Source: Alphaproteobacteria bacterium
Lineage (GTDB): Bacteria; Pseudomonadota; Alphaproteobacteria; Geminicoccales; Geminicoccaceae
Direction: 5' to 3'
NCBI GenBank assembly: GCA_041398025.1
Contig: JAWKVM010000006.1
Span: 516 to 64,515 of the forward strand
Length of the DNA stretch: 64,000 nucleotides
The number at the start of each line of letters is the position of its first letter. Within the stretch, counting starts at the first letter, position 1. The notes under the pieces were generated by a model. It did not search any database, was not told the origin of the DNA, and saw nothing but the letters and a program-made list of their open reading frames with translations. Position numbers and translations under genes: made by a program. Positions 17,758 to 26,671 of the stretch are shown here, piece after piece.

Positions 17758-19368
17758 TTGGCGCCAGTGAGGTCAGTGTCGCGAGAGAGGCATCATCGCC
17801 GGGTCCTTGCGCAGCTTTCGAGACGATCGATGCTGCGCGGCATCGCCCTTTGCGCTGCCTTTTCGTCCTCCGCGCTGGGCCTGGTCGGCAGTGGCTACCG
17901 ACCGGGCACCAAAGCGCGTGTCGATCGCTACCCCTTCACGCTCGGCGTCGCTTCCGGCGATCCGGCCGCCGATGGCGTCGTCCTCTGGACCCGGCTCGCC
18001 CCGTCGCCCCTGGAGGGCGGGGGCATGGCGCCGGTCCCGGTCGAGGTCGGCTTCGAAGTCGCCCATGATCCCGGCTTCAGGAGCATCGAACGTGTCGGCG
18101 CCGTCCTTGCCCGGCCGGAACTCGGCCACGCCGTCCATGTCGAGCTCGAAGGCCTGTCCCCCGCCCGCGACTACTGGTTCCGCTTCCTCTTCGGCGAGGC
18201 CGTGAGTCCGGTCGGCCGCACCAGAACCGCGCCAGCGTCCGGCGATCAAACGGCCCGTTTGCGCTTCGCGTCCTGCGGCTGCAGCCATTACGAGGCGGGC
18301 TATTTCACCGCCTATCGTCACATGGCCGAGGAGGCGTTCGACTTCATCTATCACTGCGGGGACTACATCTACGAAGCCGATCTCGGCGGCAAGGATTGCA
18401 AGGCTGCGATACGCCGCCATAGGGGAGGGGAGCCCTATACGCTCACCGACTATCGAAAGCGCTACGCGCTCTACAAATCCGATCCCGACCTCATGGCCGC
18501 CCATGCCTCCGCCCCCTTCATCGTCTCCTGGGACGATCACGAGATCGACAATGACTGGGCCGCCGACCACGATCAGGACGGCACCCCGCCCGAGATCTTC
18601 CTCTTCCGGCGCGCCGCCGCCTTCCAGGCCTATTACGAGCACATGCCGCTCCGCCGGCGTTCGCTGCCGACGCCGATGCATCTGCAGCTCTACCGCCAGA
18701 TCGCCTTCGGCCGGCTCCTGAGCCTGAACGTGCTCGACACCCGCCAATACCGCTCCGACCAGGTCTGCCACGGCGGCTATCTCCAGGAATGCGAAGAACG
18801 CCGCGATCCCGAGCGCTCCCTGCTCGGCCGAGAGCAGGAGGCCTGGCTGTTCAATGGCCTGGGCTCTTCGGCCGCCACCTGGAACGTCCTCGCCCAGCAG
18901 GTGCCGATGTTCTCCCTCGACCAGTCGGCGGCTGGCCTCGGCCGCTACCACATGGACAAGTGGGACGGCTACGACGCCACGCGCCAGCGCCTGTTCCAGG
19001 CCATGGCCGAACGCGGCACGCGCAATCCGGTGGTGCTCTCGGGCGATGTCCACACCCACTGGGCCGCCGATCTGCATGCCATCTGCGAGGACCCGTCATC
19101 GGCGATCATCGGCACCGAGCTCACCACCACCTCGATCACCTCAGGCGGCGACGGCACCGACAGCCTCGGCATCTGGCCAGCGATTCAGTCGGACAACCCC
19201 CACATCCATCACCACAGCAACCATCGCGGCTATCTCGTCTCCGAGGTGACGAACGGCGAATGGGCCGCGACCTTCAAGTCGGTCGACCGGGTGACCGATC
19301 CAGCACGCCCGATCCGCGCCGAGCGCACGCTCGTGATCGAACGCGGACGGCCGGGGCTGCAGATCTGA
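17758..19368 (+). CDS. phoD: Alkaline phosphatase D family (PhoD), Tat-exported
   Basis: The 536-aa ORF has a SRRSMLRGIALCAA Tat leader. PhoD signatures are present: PFTLGVASGDP, VLWTRL, CGDYIYE, WDDHEIDND, LSGDVH. Confidence 0.9.
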   Translation: MAPVRSVSRERHHRRVLAQLSRRSMLRGIALCAAFSSSALGLVGSGYRPGTKARVDRYPFTLGVASGDPAADGVVLWTRLAPSPLEGGGMAPVPVEVGFEVAHDPGFRSIERVGAVLARPELGHAVHVELEGLSPARDYWFRFLFGEAVSPVGRTRTAPASGDQTARLRFASCGCSHYEAGYFTAYRHMAEEAFDFIYHCGDYIYEADLGGKDCKAAIRRHRGGEPYTLTDYRKRYALYKSDPDLMAAHASAPFIVSWDDHEIDNDWAADHDQDGTPPEIFLFRRAAAFQAYYEHMPLRRRSLPTPMHLQLYRQIAFGRLLSLNVLDTRQYRSDQVCHGGYLQECEERRDPERSLLGREQEAWLFNGLGSSAATWNVLAQQVPMFSLDQSAAGLGRYHMDKWDGYDATRQRLFQAMAERGTRNPVVLSGDVHTHWAADLHAICEDPSSAIIGTELTTTSITSGGDGTDSLGIWPAIQSDNPHIHHHSNHRGYLVSEVTNGEWAATFKSVDRVTDPARPIRAERTLVIERGRPGLQI

Positions 19369-19379
19369 GCGGGGCGGCT

Positions 19380-20033
19380 TCAACCGGTCGGTGCTTCGGC
19401 ATCCAGCCATTCTGTTACCACCGGCAGGATCCGCTCGACGATCGCCGCCACGCCGTCAGCGTTCGGATGCAGCTGATCCGGCTGGTTGAGCGACGGATCG
19501 GCGGCCACCCCGTCGAGGAAGAACGGATAGAGCGGAATGTCATGCTTTTGCGCAAGGTCTTGATAAACTTTGGAAAAGGCGTCGCCGTAGTCCTGGCCGA
19601 GATTGGGCGGCGGCAGCATGCCGGTCAGCAGAACCGGCAGATCTTCCGCGCGCAGTCTCGTGATGATGGCGTCGAGATTGGCTTCCATCTGCTCGGTCGG
19701 CAGCCCGCGAAGCCCGTCATTGGCCCCAAGCTCCAGGATCACATGACTCGGCCGGTCGGCCAGCATCCAGTCGAGCCGCGCCAACCCGCCCGCCGTGGTA
19801 TCGCCGCTCACCCCGGCATTCAGAAGCTCGCAGTCATAGCCTTGCGCTCGAAGGGCGCGTTCGAGCTGTGCTGGAAAGCCCTGGTCGATCGGAAGGCCAT
19901 AGGCCGCGGTCAGCGAATCGCCGAGAACGCTGATCCGGCAGGCGAGTGCAAGCGCAGGCATGGCCATGCCGACCACCAGAAAGGCTGTCAAGGCAGTCGC
20001 AAGGACCTTGAGAATCCGACACTTGTGAACCAT
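19380..20033 (-). CDS. tesA: SGNH/GDSL arylesterase-thioesterase (TesA-like), secreted
   Basis: The signal peptide is MVHKCRILKVLATALTAFLVVGMAMPALALA. Block I is VLGDSLTAAYG, followed by GVSGDTT, ELGANDGLR and the DxxH block (DQLHPN). It is divergent from a ybbA/ybbP-like pair, as in E. coli. The start could be 20033 or 20045. Confidence 0.85.
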   Translation of the reverse strand: MVHKCRILKVLATALTAFLVVGMAMPALALACRISVLGDSLTAAYGLPIDQGFPAQLERALRAQGYDCELLNAGVSGDTTAGGLARLDWMLADRPSHVILELGANDGLRGLPTEQMEANLDAIITRLRAEDLPVLLTGMLPPPNLGQDYGDAFSKVYQDLAQKHDIPLYPFFLDGVAADPSLNQPDQLHPNADGVAAIVERILPVVTEWLDAEAPTG

Positions 20034-20043
20034 GTGATGCCCC

Positions 20044-20781
20044 ATGACTGTTGAGCCTGCACTCTCTCCGATGATCGCGCTTGCCGATGTCCACCTGACC
20101 CTGACCAGCGCCGCCGGCCCGGTCAAGATCCTGAAGGGCGTGGATCTTGCCATCGACGCTGGCCAATCGGTCAGCGTCATCGGCCCCTCGGGCTCGGGCA
20201 AGTCCACCTTGCTGTCGGTGGTTGGTGGAATCGAGCGGCCGAGCGCCGGCAGCGTCGGCGTTGCCGGCCAGGATCTGGGCATGCTCGACGAAGATCGGCT
20301 CGCTGCCTTTCGCGGCGAGACCATCGGCATTATCTTCCAGTCCTTTCATCTGATCCCGACGATGACGGCCCTCGAAAATGTTGCCGTGCCGCTGGAACTG
20401 GCGGGTGCCGCGGGTGCTTTCGAACGCGCTGCGGACGGGCTTCGGTCCGTCGGTCTCTCGGATCGGGCGTCACACTACCCGGGCCAGCTGTCGGGCGGCG
20501 AGCAGCAGCGTGTGGCGCTCGCCCGGGCACTCGCCAATCGTCCGAAGCTCCTCCTCGCCGACGAGCCGACCGGCAATCTCGACCAGGTGACCGGTTCGGC
20601 CATCGTCGAGCTGATGTTCGGCATCCAGCGCGAGCGCGGCATGACCCTGCTGCTGATCACCCACGAGCCTGACCTCGCGGCACGTTGCGACCGGCAGTAC
20701 CGCATGGCGGACGGTCTTCTGCGACCGGTCCGGGCCCCTGCGCTGTCGGGCGAGTCGAAGCGCTCGGACGAGGTGGCATGA
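20044..20781 (+). CDS. ABC transporter ATP-binding protein (YbbA/LolD-like)
   Basis: Walker A is GPSGSGKST. The signature is LSGGEQQRVALARAL. Walker B is LLLADEPTGNLD. Confidence 0.9.
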   Translation: MTVEPALSPMIALADVHLTLTSAAGPVKILKGVDLAIDAGQSVSVIGPSGSGKSTLLSVVGGIERPSAGSVGVAGQDLGMLDEDRLAAFRGETIGIIFQSFHLIPTMTALENVAVPLELAGAAGAFERAADGLRSVGLSDRASHYPGQLSGGEQQRVALARALANRPKLLLADEPTGNLDQVTGSAIVELMFGIQRERGMTLLLITHEPDLAARCDRQYRMADGLLRPVRAPALSGESKRSDEVA

Positions 20782-23288
20782 TCGCCAGCCTCGGTCTCGC
20801 CTGGCGGTTGGCCGCGCGCGAACTCAGAAGCGGTTTCGTCGGCTCCTCCGTGTTCCTCGCCTGCCTCACGCTCGGCGTCGGCGCGATCGCCACGGTCGGC
20901 GTGATCAATGCCGGCGTTCTGGACGGCTTGGAAGAGGACTCGGCAGCGCTGCTCGGCGGCGATCTCAAACTGGAGAGCACCAACCGTCCGCTGGATGAGA
21001 CGCTCCTTGATGAGATCGTGCCAGCCGATGCTCGCCGAAGCGATATCATCCGCACCAACGCCATAGCCCATGGTTTCGACGACCGGCGCGTGGTGGTCGG
21101 TCTCAAGGTCGTCGACGACGCCTACCCTCTCTACGGGCAGGTGCAGCTCGACCCGTCAAGCCTGTCCATGGACGACGCCCTGGCCGAGCACGGCGCGGTC
21201 GTCGAACGCGGCCTGCTGGCCAGACTGGGAGTCGATCTCGGCGATCGGATCAGGATCGGCGATGCCGAGTTGACGGTGCGCGCCGTCGTCGAACGGGAAC
21301 CGGACAGGATCGGCGGTTTCGTCAGCATCGGTCCACGGGTGTTCATGCATCAGCGCGACCTCGCTGCCAGCGGCGTGATTCAGCGGGGCTCGCTCGCCCG
21401 GTTCGACTATCGCCTGGCGGTTCCGCCGGGGACCGACGCGGAAGCGCTGGTGCGCGCGCTGAAACGCGACTATGCCGAATCCGATTTTCAGATCAACGGT
21501 ATCCGCGATATCCAGCCGCGGGTGACCCGGGTGATCGATCGGCTCTCGAGCTTTCTCACCATTGCCGGCCTCGCCTCTCTTTTGATCGGTGGCGTCGGCG
21601 TTGCCCTGGCGATTCAGCACTATCTCGCGGGCAAGACCAGGAACATTGCGACGCTGAAATGCCTCGGCGCCAGCAGCGGGCTGATTTTCCGCATCTATCT
21701 GCTGCAGGTGCTGGCGCTTGCCTCCATCGGCGTGCTTCTCGGGCTTGTCGTGGGCCAGATGCTGCCGATCGTGATCAAAAGCCTGACCGAGGGGCTGCTC
21801 CCGGTGCAGCTTCGGACCGGCTTCTATCCCTTGCCGCTGCTGGTGGCGGCCGGCTGCGGGTTGACGACGACCCTCGCTTTTGCCATCTGGCCGCTGGCAC
21901 GCGCGCGCGACGTCTCGCCCGCGGGCATGTTCCGCGCGCTTCTGGCGCCGCCGAGGCATTGGCCGGCGGCGAGCATGCTCGCCTTGCTGGCTCTCTGTCT
22001 GGCCGGCCTGGTCGGTCTGGCGATTGCCGGGGTCAGCGACAGGCGCCTCGCGTGGATCTTCGTCGCCGTCGCCATCGGCTCCGCCCTTCTGCTCAGCCTT
22101 GTCGCGCGTTTGACGATTTGGACGACCAAATTTCTGGCGCGTCGAGGCAGCGCACGCTGGCGAATGGCGTTGTCGAATCTGCATCGTCCCGGCGCGCACG
22201 CCACCAGCGTGGTCATTGCCCTGGGCGCCGGGCTCACCGTCCTCACACTGGTCGGTGTGCTCAACCGCAATCTCAGCGCCGAGCTCGACCAGAGCTTCGC
22301 CGATCGTCTCCCTTCGGTCTTTTTCATCGATATCCAGCGCGATCAGCTGGAGACTTTCGAGGACATCGTCGCAGCGCAGAACGCGGCGGAAAGTCTCCAG
22401 CTTCTGCCGACCGTCCGCGGCAGGGTGGTGCGCATCAAGGATGTTCCGGCCAGCCAGTCCGGCGTCAATCACTGGACCCTTCGCCGTGATCGGGCGCTCA
22501 GCTATTCGCCGACCATGCCGCCCAATACGCAGATCGTCGACGGTGCCTGGTGGCCCGAGACCTATCAGGGGCCGCCTCTGGTCGCGATCGAGGATGACGT
22601 CGCCGACGCCTACGATGTCGGGATCGGCGACAGGCTTGCCTTCAATGTGCTCGGCCGCGTGATCGAAGCCGAGATCGCCGTGATTCGGAGCGAGATCGAT
22701 TGGAGCCAGGGGCGTCTCGATGCGGCCTTCGTCTTCAGCCCCGGGACGCTCGAAGCAGCACCGCATACTTATGCCGCCGCGGTCGACGTGTCGGTGACGG
22801 ATGAGGCGGCCTTGTTCGACGCGGTGGCGGAAAACCTGCCGAACGTCACGCCGATCTCGATGCGCGAAGTCAGCGCACGCATCAAGGGGATCGCCGATCA
22901 GGTGCGCCTAGCCGTGCTTGCGGTCGCCGGTGTCACCTTGATGTCGGGGCTTCTGGTTCTGGCAGGGGCGATCGCCGCGGCCCGACGTCGGCATCTTTAC
23001 GAGTCGGCGATTTTGAAGGTGCTGGGCGCCAGGCGGGTGGACCTGCTCAAGATCTTCGCGATCGAATATCTGAGCCTCGGTCTGGTCGCTGCGCTCGTCG
23101 GCGGCCTGCTGGGCATGATCGGCGCCTATGTGGTGGTGATCTGGGTGATGCAGCTGCCTTGGGTGTGGGCGCCCGGGACCATGTTGACGATCGTGCTCAC
23201 GGCACTTCTGCTCACCTTGTCCGCAGGCTTCATCGGCACCTGGCGGCTGCTCGGCCGACCGGCGGCGCCCGTTCTGCGCACGCCTTGA
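20778..23288 (+). CDS. FtsX-family ABC permease (YbbP-like, duplicated FtsX domains)
   Basis: The protein is 836 aa from MIASLGLAWRLAARELRSG, with an ATGA overlap on the ATPase stop. It has two blocks of 4 TM separated by large periplasmic domains. The 31-aa extension in the track ORF is out of context. Confidence 0.85.
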   Translation: MIASLGLAWRLAARELRSGFVGSSVFLACLTLGVGAIATVGVINAGVLDGLEEDSAALLGGDLKLESTNRPLDETLLDEIVPADARRSDIIRTNAIAHGFDDRRVVVGLKVVDDAYPLYGQVQLDPSSLSMDDALAEHGAVVERGLLARLGVDLGDRIRIGDAELTVRAVVEREPDRIGGFVSIGPRVFMHQRDLAASGVIQRGSLARFDYRLAVPPGTDAEALVRALKRDYAESDFQINGIRDIQPRVTRVIDRLSSFLTIAGLASLLIGGVGVALAIQHYLAGKTRNIATLKCLGASSGLIFRIYLLQVLALASIGVLLGLVVGQMLPIVIKSLTEGLLPVQLRTGFYPLPLLVAAGCGLTTTLAFAIWPLARARDVSPAGMFRALLAPPRHWPAASMLALLALCLAGLVGLAIAGVSDRRLAWIFVAVAIGSALLLSLVARLTIWTTKFLARRGSARWRMALSNLHRPGAHATSVVIALGAGLTVLTLVGVLNRNLSAELDQSFADRLPSVFFIDIQRDQLETFEDIVAAQNAAESLQLLPTVRGRVVRIKDVPASQSGVNHWTLRRDRALSYSPTMPPNTQIVDGAWWPETYQGPPLVAIEDDVADAYDVGIGDRLAFNVLGRVIEAEIAVIRSEIDWSQGRLDAAFVFSPGTLEAAPHTYAAAVDVSVTDEAALFDAVAENLPNVTPISMREVSARIKGIADQVRLAVLAVAGVTLMSGLLVLAGAIAAARRRHLYESAILKVLGARRVDLLKIFAIEYLSLGLVAALVGGLLGMIGAYVVVIWVMQLPWVWAPGTMLTIVLTALLLTLSAGFIGTWRLLGRPAAPVLRTP

Positions 23289-23399
23289 CGATCCGAGACG
23301 GCCGCATCGATCGACGATCGGCAGCGGCTCGTCTTGTCACATAGCTCCAGCCTGGACCATACTCGCCTCTCGGCATCGAGGCTGAGCGGGGGGACAAGC

Positions 23400-24119
23400 G
23401 TGAGCGTTCAAGGCGGACTTTCGGACGAGGTCAAGGCACTGTTTGCGGCGACCACAACAGCGACCCTTTGCACCCAGCTCTTCAAGCGCGGTCTGCGCAA
23501 TCAGCTCATCCAGGGCGTGGGCCTCGTGACTCCGAAAGCCGGCATGATGATCGGCGAGGCGTTCACCTTGCGCAACATTCCCGCACGCGAAGATCTGGAC
23601 GGCCCCGGCATGTTCACGGGCCGCGAGCATCCCCAGCGCCGCGCGATCGAGGAGTGCCCTGCCGGCGCGGTCCTGGCGATCGATTGCCGGAAGGATACAC
23701 GCTCCGGCGCGCTCGGCGACATTCTGGTCACGCGCCTCGCCGATCGCGGCGTCGCCGGCGCGGTTACGGATGGCGGCATGCGCGACATCGTGCCGATGGC
23801 CGATTTCACCTTTCCTGTCTACGCCGCCTGCGCAGCCCCGCCGGCAAGCTTTCACGTGCATCACGCGGTCGACCTTCAAGTTCCGATCGCCTGCGGCGAT
23901 GTGGCGATCTTTCCCGGCGACATTCTGGTCGGTGACGCCGAGGGGGTGGTGGTCGTGCCGAAGCATCTGGCGGAAGAGGTCGCCCGCGACTCGGCGGAGC
24001 AGGAGCGCATGGAAAACTGGGTTCTGAAGGAAATCGCCAAGGGCCAATCGATCTTCGGACTCTATCCCCCGAACGACGACAACAAGCAGCGCTACGAGGC
24101 GGAACGCTCGAAAAGCTGA
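23400..24119 (+). CDS. RraA-family protein (HMG/CHA aldolase / RNase E regulator-like fold)
   Basis: RraA-family blocks are present: GDILVTRLADRGVAGAVTDGGMRD, FPVYA, GDILVGDAEGVVVVP. The start is uncertain: GTG 23400 follows a gggggga RBS, and the track ORF starts at TTG 23334. Confidence 0.7.
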   Translation: MSVQGGLSDEVKALFAATTTATLCTQLFKRGLRNQLIQGVGLVTPKAGMMIGEAFTLRNIPAREDLDGPGMFTGREHPQRRAIEECPAGAVLAIDCRKDTRSGALGDILVTRLADRGVAGAVTDGGMRDIVPMADFTFPVYAACAAPPASFHVHHAVDLQVPIACGDVAIFPGDILVGDAEGVVVVPKHLAEEVARDSAEQERMENWVLKEIAKGQSIFGLYPPNDDNKQRYEAERSKS

Positions 24120-24136
24120 GAACGGGAGACCATCCA

Positions 24137-24745
24137 ATGAAACTCCACTTCGCCATCGCCTCGCCCTATGTGCGCAAGGTGCGCGCGGTCGCGATCGAGC
24201 TTGGACTCGATGGCCGGATCGAGCTTCTCTCACGCGGCATGACGCCGATCTCGCCTGAGGACGAGCTCAACGCCGACAACCCGCTTGGCAAGATTCCCTG
24301 CCTGGTGACCGACCAAGGCGACGCGCTCTACGACTCACGGGTGATCGCTGCCTATCTCGATGATCTCGCCGGCGGCGGGCGCATGATCCCGTCGGGCGGC
24401 GCGGAGCGCTGGACCGCCCTTCGGCGCGAAGCCCTCGCTGATGGCATCCTCGACGCGGCCGTCGGCCGGCGCTACGAAACCTTCCTTCGCCCGAAGGAGC
24501 GTCAGTGGGATCAGTGGATCGACGGCCAGCGCGGCAAGTTCATCCGAGGCCTCGATCAGTTCGAGCGCGAGGCTGCGGACTTCGGCGACACCGTCGACAT
24601 CGGCACGATCGCTGCCGCCTGCGTCTGCGGCTACATGGACTTCCGCTACGCCGACGAGAACTGGCGCGACGGTCGCCCGAACCTTGCCGCCTGGTTCGAA
24701 ACCTTCTCCAAACGCCCTTCGATCGCGACGACGGCTCCCGAGTAG
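24137..24745 (+). CDS. Glutathione S-transferase family protein
   Basis: The 202-aa ORF has an N-terminal thioredoxin-like GST fold (MKLHFAIASPYVRKVRAVAIELGL...PLGKIPCLV...LYDSRVI) and a helical C-domain. Confidence 0.85.
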   Translation: MKLHFAIASPYVRKVRAVAIELGLDGRIELLSRGMTPISPEDELNADNPLGKIPCLVTDQGDALYDSRVIAAYLDDLAGGGRMIPSGGAERWTALRREALADGILDAAVGRRYETFLRPKERQWDQWIDGQRGKFIRGLDQFEREAADFGDTVDIGTIAAACVCGYMDFRYADENWRDGRPNLAAWFETFSKRPSIATTAPE

Positions 24746-24764
24746 GAACCTGGCAAGTCAACGC

Positions 24765-24776
24765 CGACGCGCGTCG
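24765..24776. terminator. 12-bp GC palindrome between convergent GST and NTPase genes
   Basis: CGACGCGCGTCG is a perfect palindrome. It lies 20 nt after the GST stop and 3 nt before the NTPase stop. It may be a bidirectional hairpin, but it is short and lacks a U-tract. Confidence 0.25.
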
Positions 24777-24778
24777 CG

Positions 24779-26392
24779 TCAGGCGGCGAGGTCGATGTCG
24801 AGATCGGTGCCATGAGGATAGACCTCCTTCTTTGAGGTCCACCCCTTGTTGTCCCGGCCGACGCGGTATTCGCCGGCAAAGGCGGGATGGATGCAGAAGG
24901 TATCGTCCTCGCTGAGCGCCATGGAGCCGGGCTGGGTGTATTCGAACTCGCCCTTGTAATAGACCTTGGTCTCGTCGACGACGATACCGAAGATCCCGAG
25001 TTCCTTGAACATCTGCAGGGCTTCGTAGTAGTCGCCGACGATGCCGCGTCCGTAATTGCGGTAGGAGAGCCGAAACTCGGACATGGTGAAGGCATTGGTC
25101 ATGTGCGGCAGCATGCACTCGCAGAGCTCGCCGCCGGACGGATGGATCTGGCGATAGCTGCTGAGCACGCCGGCGCAGATCGAGTTCGCGGCCTGGCGCA
25201 CGCCTTTGACGATGTCGTCCTCCGTGATCCGAAATTGATCGTCGTCGCGCAACAGTGCGTGGCGGACGATCTGATTGAAGATGCCGATGACGTGGCGCGG
25301 CAGAAGCTGGGTGTGCCTGAGAATGAAGGCGAAGCTGTCCTCCTGCTTGCCGAGATTGTTGACCACCTGTTTCGGCATCAGGCGCCGCCAGAACTGGTAG
25401 ACGTCGTCGCGGTCGGGATTGTCCGGGAGGCCATTGTCCCGGCGGATGCGCACGCTGTGCAGCGTGCTCAGATATTTGTCCAGGCGAAGCGCGCTCATCT
25501 TCAAGAGCTCGGGCGCAGTCCACTGCAGCATCAGCATGCTCTCGAAGTCCTTTTCCGGATTTGCCGAGATGGTGGCGGCATAGTGATGGTAGAGCTCGGA
25601 AGGGATGCAGTAGCAGATGTGGATCGGCGAATAGGCGAGGCGCAACTGACTGATCAGATGCAGAAGCCCGGCGGCAGCAGCGTCCATACGAAAATCGTCG
25701 ATCGGGAACTGCTCGACCGAATCGATCAGGATGATCACCTTTTGCCGATGGCTCTCGCAAAAGGCTTCGAGCGCGCCCGTCGCCTCGCCGACGCCGATCT
25801 GATTGATCAGGACATCCTCGAGATCGCCGCTGACGTCGAGGGAAGCTTGGGCATCATGATCGCGCGCCTTGCTCAGGAGCTTGTTCATGATGGTGCGCGC
25901 TGCGGTCTGGCCGTCGATGCCGATACGGTCGAGATAATCCTTCATCGCCAGGAAATAGGGATCGCCGTTGACGTCCGATCGGTAGCGATAGGTCTTGCAC
26001 ACCATGGCGATGGCCGAGGTCACCAGGATGGCTTTCCACAGCCGGCCGACGTTTTCGACGAAGGGGGCATAGTCCTTGTTGCTCTGGTCGAGCACGGCCT
26101 CGATGGTCAGCCCGATGGCACGAAAGGCCTGAGCAGATTCGATGCCGACCTGGTGCTCGTAGATGCCGCTGAAGCAGCGATGATAGAGAAAGGCGGTCTT
26201 GCCGGCTCCCCGCCTGCCGACGATCACCCAGGGGCGCAGATTGTCATTCCTGCGGCTGAGCGTGGTTCTGGGGTCGAAGAGGAGGTCGTGGAGGCGCTTG
26301 GCTTTTCTGGGCTCGCCTATCGGTGTCGAAATCGGTCCCAGAGGCGAGTCAACGGTGAACATATCGTCGATAAGGTCTAAATCATCGAACAT
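24779..26392 (-). CDS. Orphan P-loop NTPase, AAA+/STAND-like, with unassigned C-terminal domain
   Basis: The 537-aa ORF has a GGAG RBS before ATG 26392. Walker A is VIVGRRGAGKTAF. A Walker B-like motif is KVIILIDSVEQF. A sensor-2-like segment reads HTQLLPRHVIGIF. The C-terminal roughly 130 aa (GIFGIVVDETKVYYKGEFEYTQPG...) has no family I recognise. A/T-ending codons are more frequent than in the neighbouring genes. Confidence 0.8.
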   Translation of the reverse strand: MFDDLDLIDDMFTVDSPLGPISTPIGEPRKAKRLHDLLFDPRTTLSRRNDNLRPWVIVGRRGAGKTAFLYHRCFSGIYEHQVGIESAQAFRAIGLTIEAVLDQSNKDYAPFVENVGRLWKAILVTSAIAMVCKTYRYRSDVNGDPYFLAMKDYLDRIGIDGQTAARTIMNKLLSKARDHDAQASLDVSGDLEDVLINQIGVGEATGALEAFCESHRQKVIILIDSVEQFPIDDFRMDAAAAGLLHLISQLRLAYSPIHICYCIPSELYHHYAATISANPEKDFESMLMLQWTAPELLKMSALRLDKYLSTLHSVRIRRDNGLPDNPDRDDVYQFWRRLMPKQVVNNLGKQEDSFAFILRHTQLLPRHVIGIFNQIVRHALLRDDDQFRITEDDIVKGVRQAANSICAGVLSSYRQIHPSGGELCECMLPHMTNAFTMSEFRLSYRNYGRGIVGDYYEALQMFKELGIFGIVVDETKVYYKGEFEYTQPGSMALSEDDTFCIHPAFAGEYRVGRDNKGWTSKKEVYPHGTDLDIDLAA

Positions 26393-26671
26393 ATGACACT
26401 CCGATTTAATTGCCTCATTCTTGGTAAGAAACTTGAGATATCATTTCAAGGAAATAATATTCACTTTAAAATTTAAGAAGTCGCGCTATGAGCTTATCTC
26501 TAATTTATCAGGGGCGGATGAGGTTTGGGCGGATGCAGCAAGACGCTTTCCATTCGCCTTCGTTCGGCGCCGGCATTTTTCGAGCGTTGATGCCGCTGGC
26601 GTGATAGCGGTACGCCCAAGGATGTCCTACCGAGTTCATGGGACGCGGATCAGGACGAGGGGAGCGGGGGC

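Noticed and set aside
20033-20046. Overlapping or abutting divergent start codons of the tesA-like and ybbA-like genes, considered as an unusual regulatory arrangement.
   Set aside because: The divergent tesA / ybbA-ybbP layout is a well-known conserved arrangement. The apparent overlap depends on which of two tesA start codons (20033 or 20045) is used, so it is not noteworthy on its own.
24887-26380. A 497-aa plus-strand ORF opposite the P-loop NTPase gene.
   Set aside because: It has no motifs and an Asp/Arg/Ala/Val/His-rich composition. The minus-strand ORF carries Walker A/B motifs and a proper RBS, so the plus-strand ORF is a shadow.
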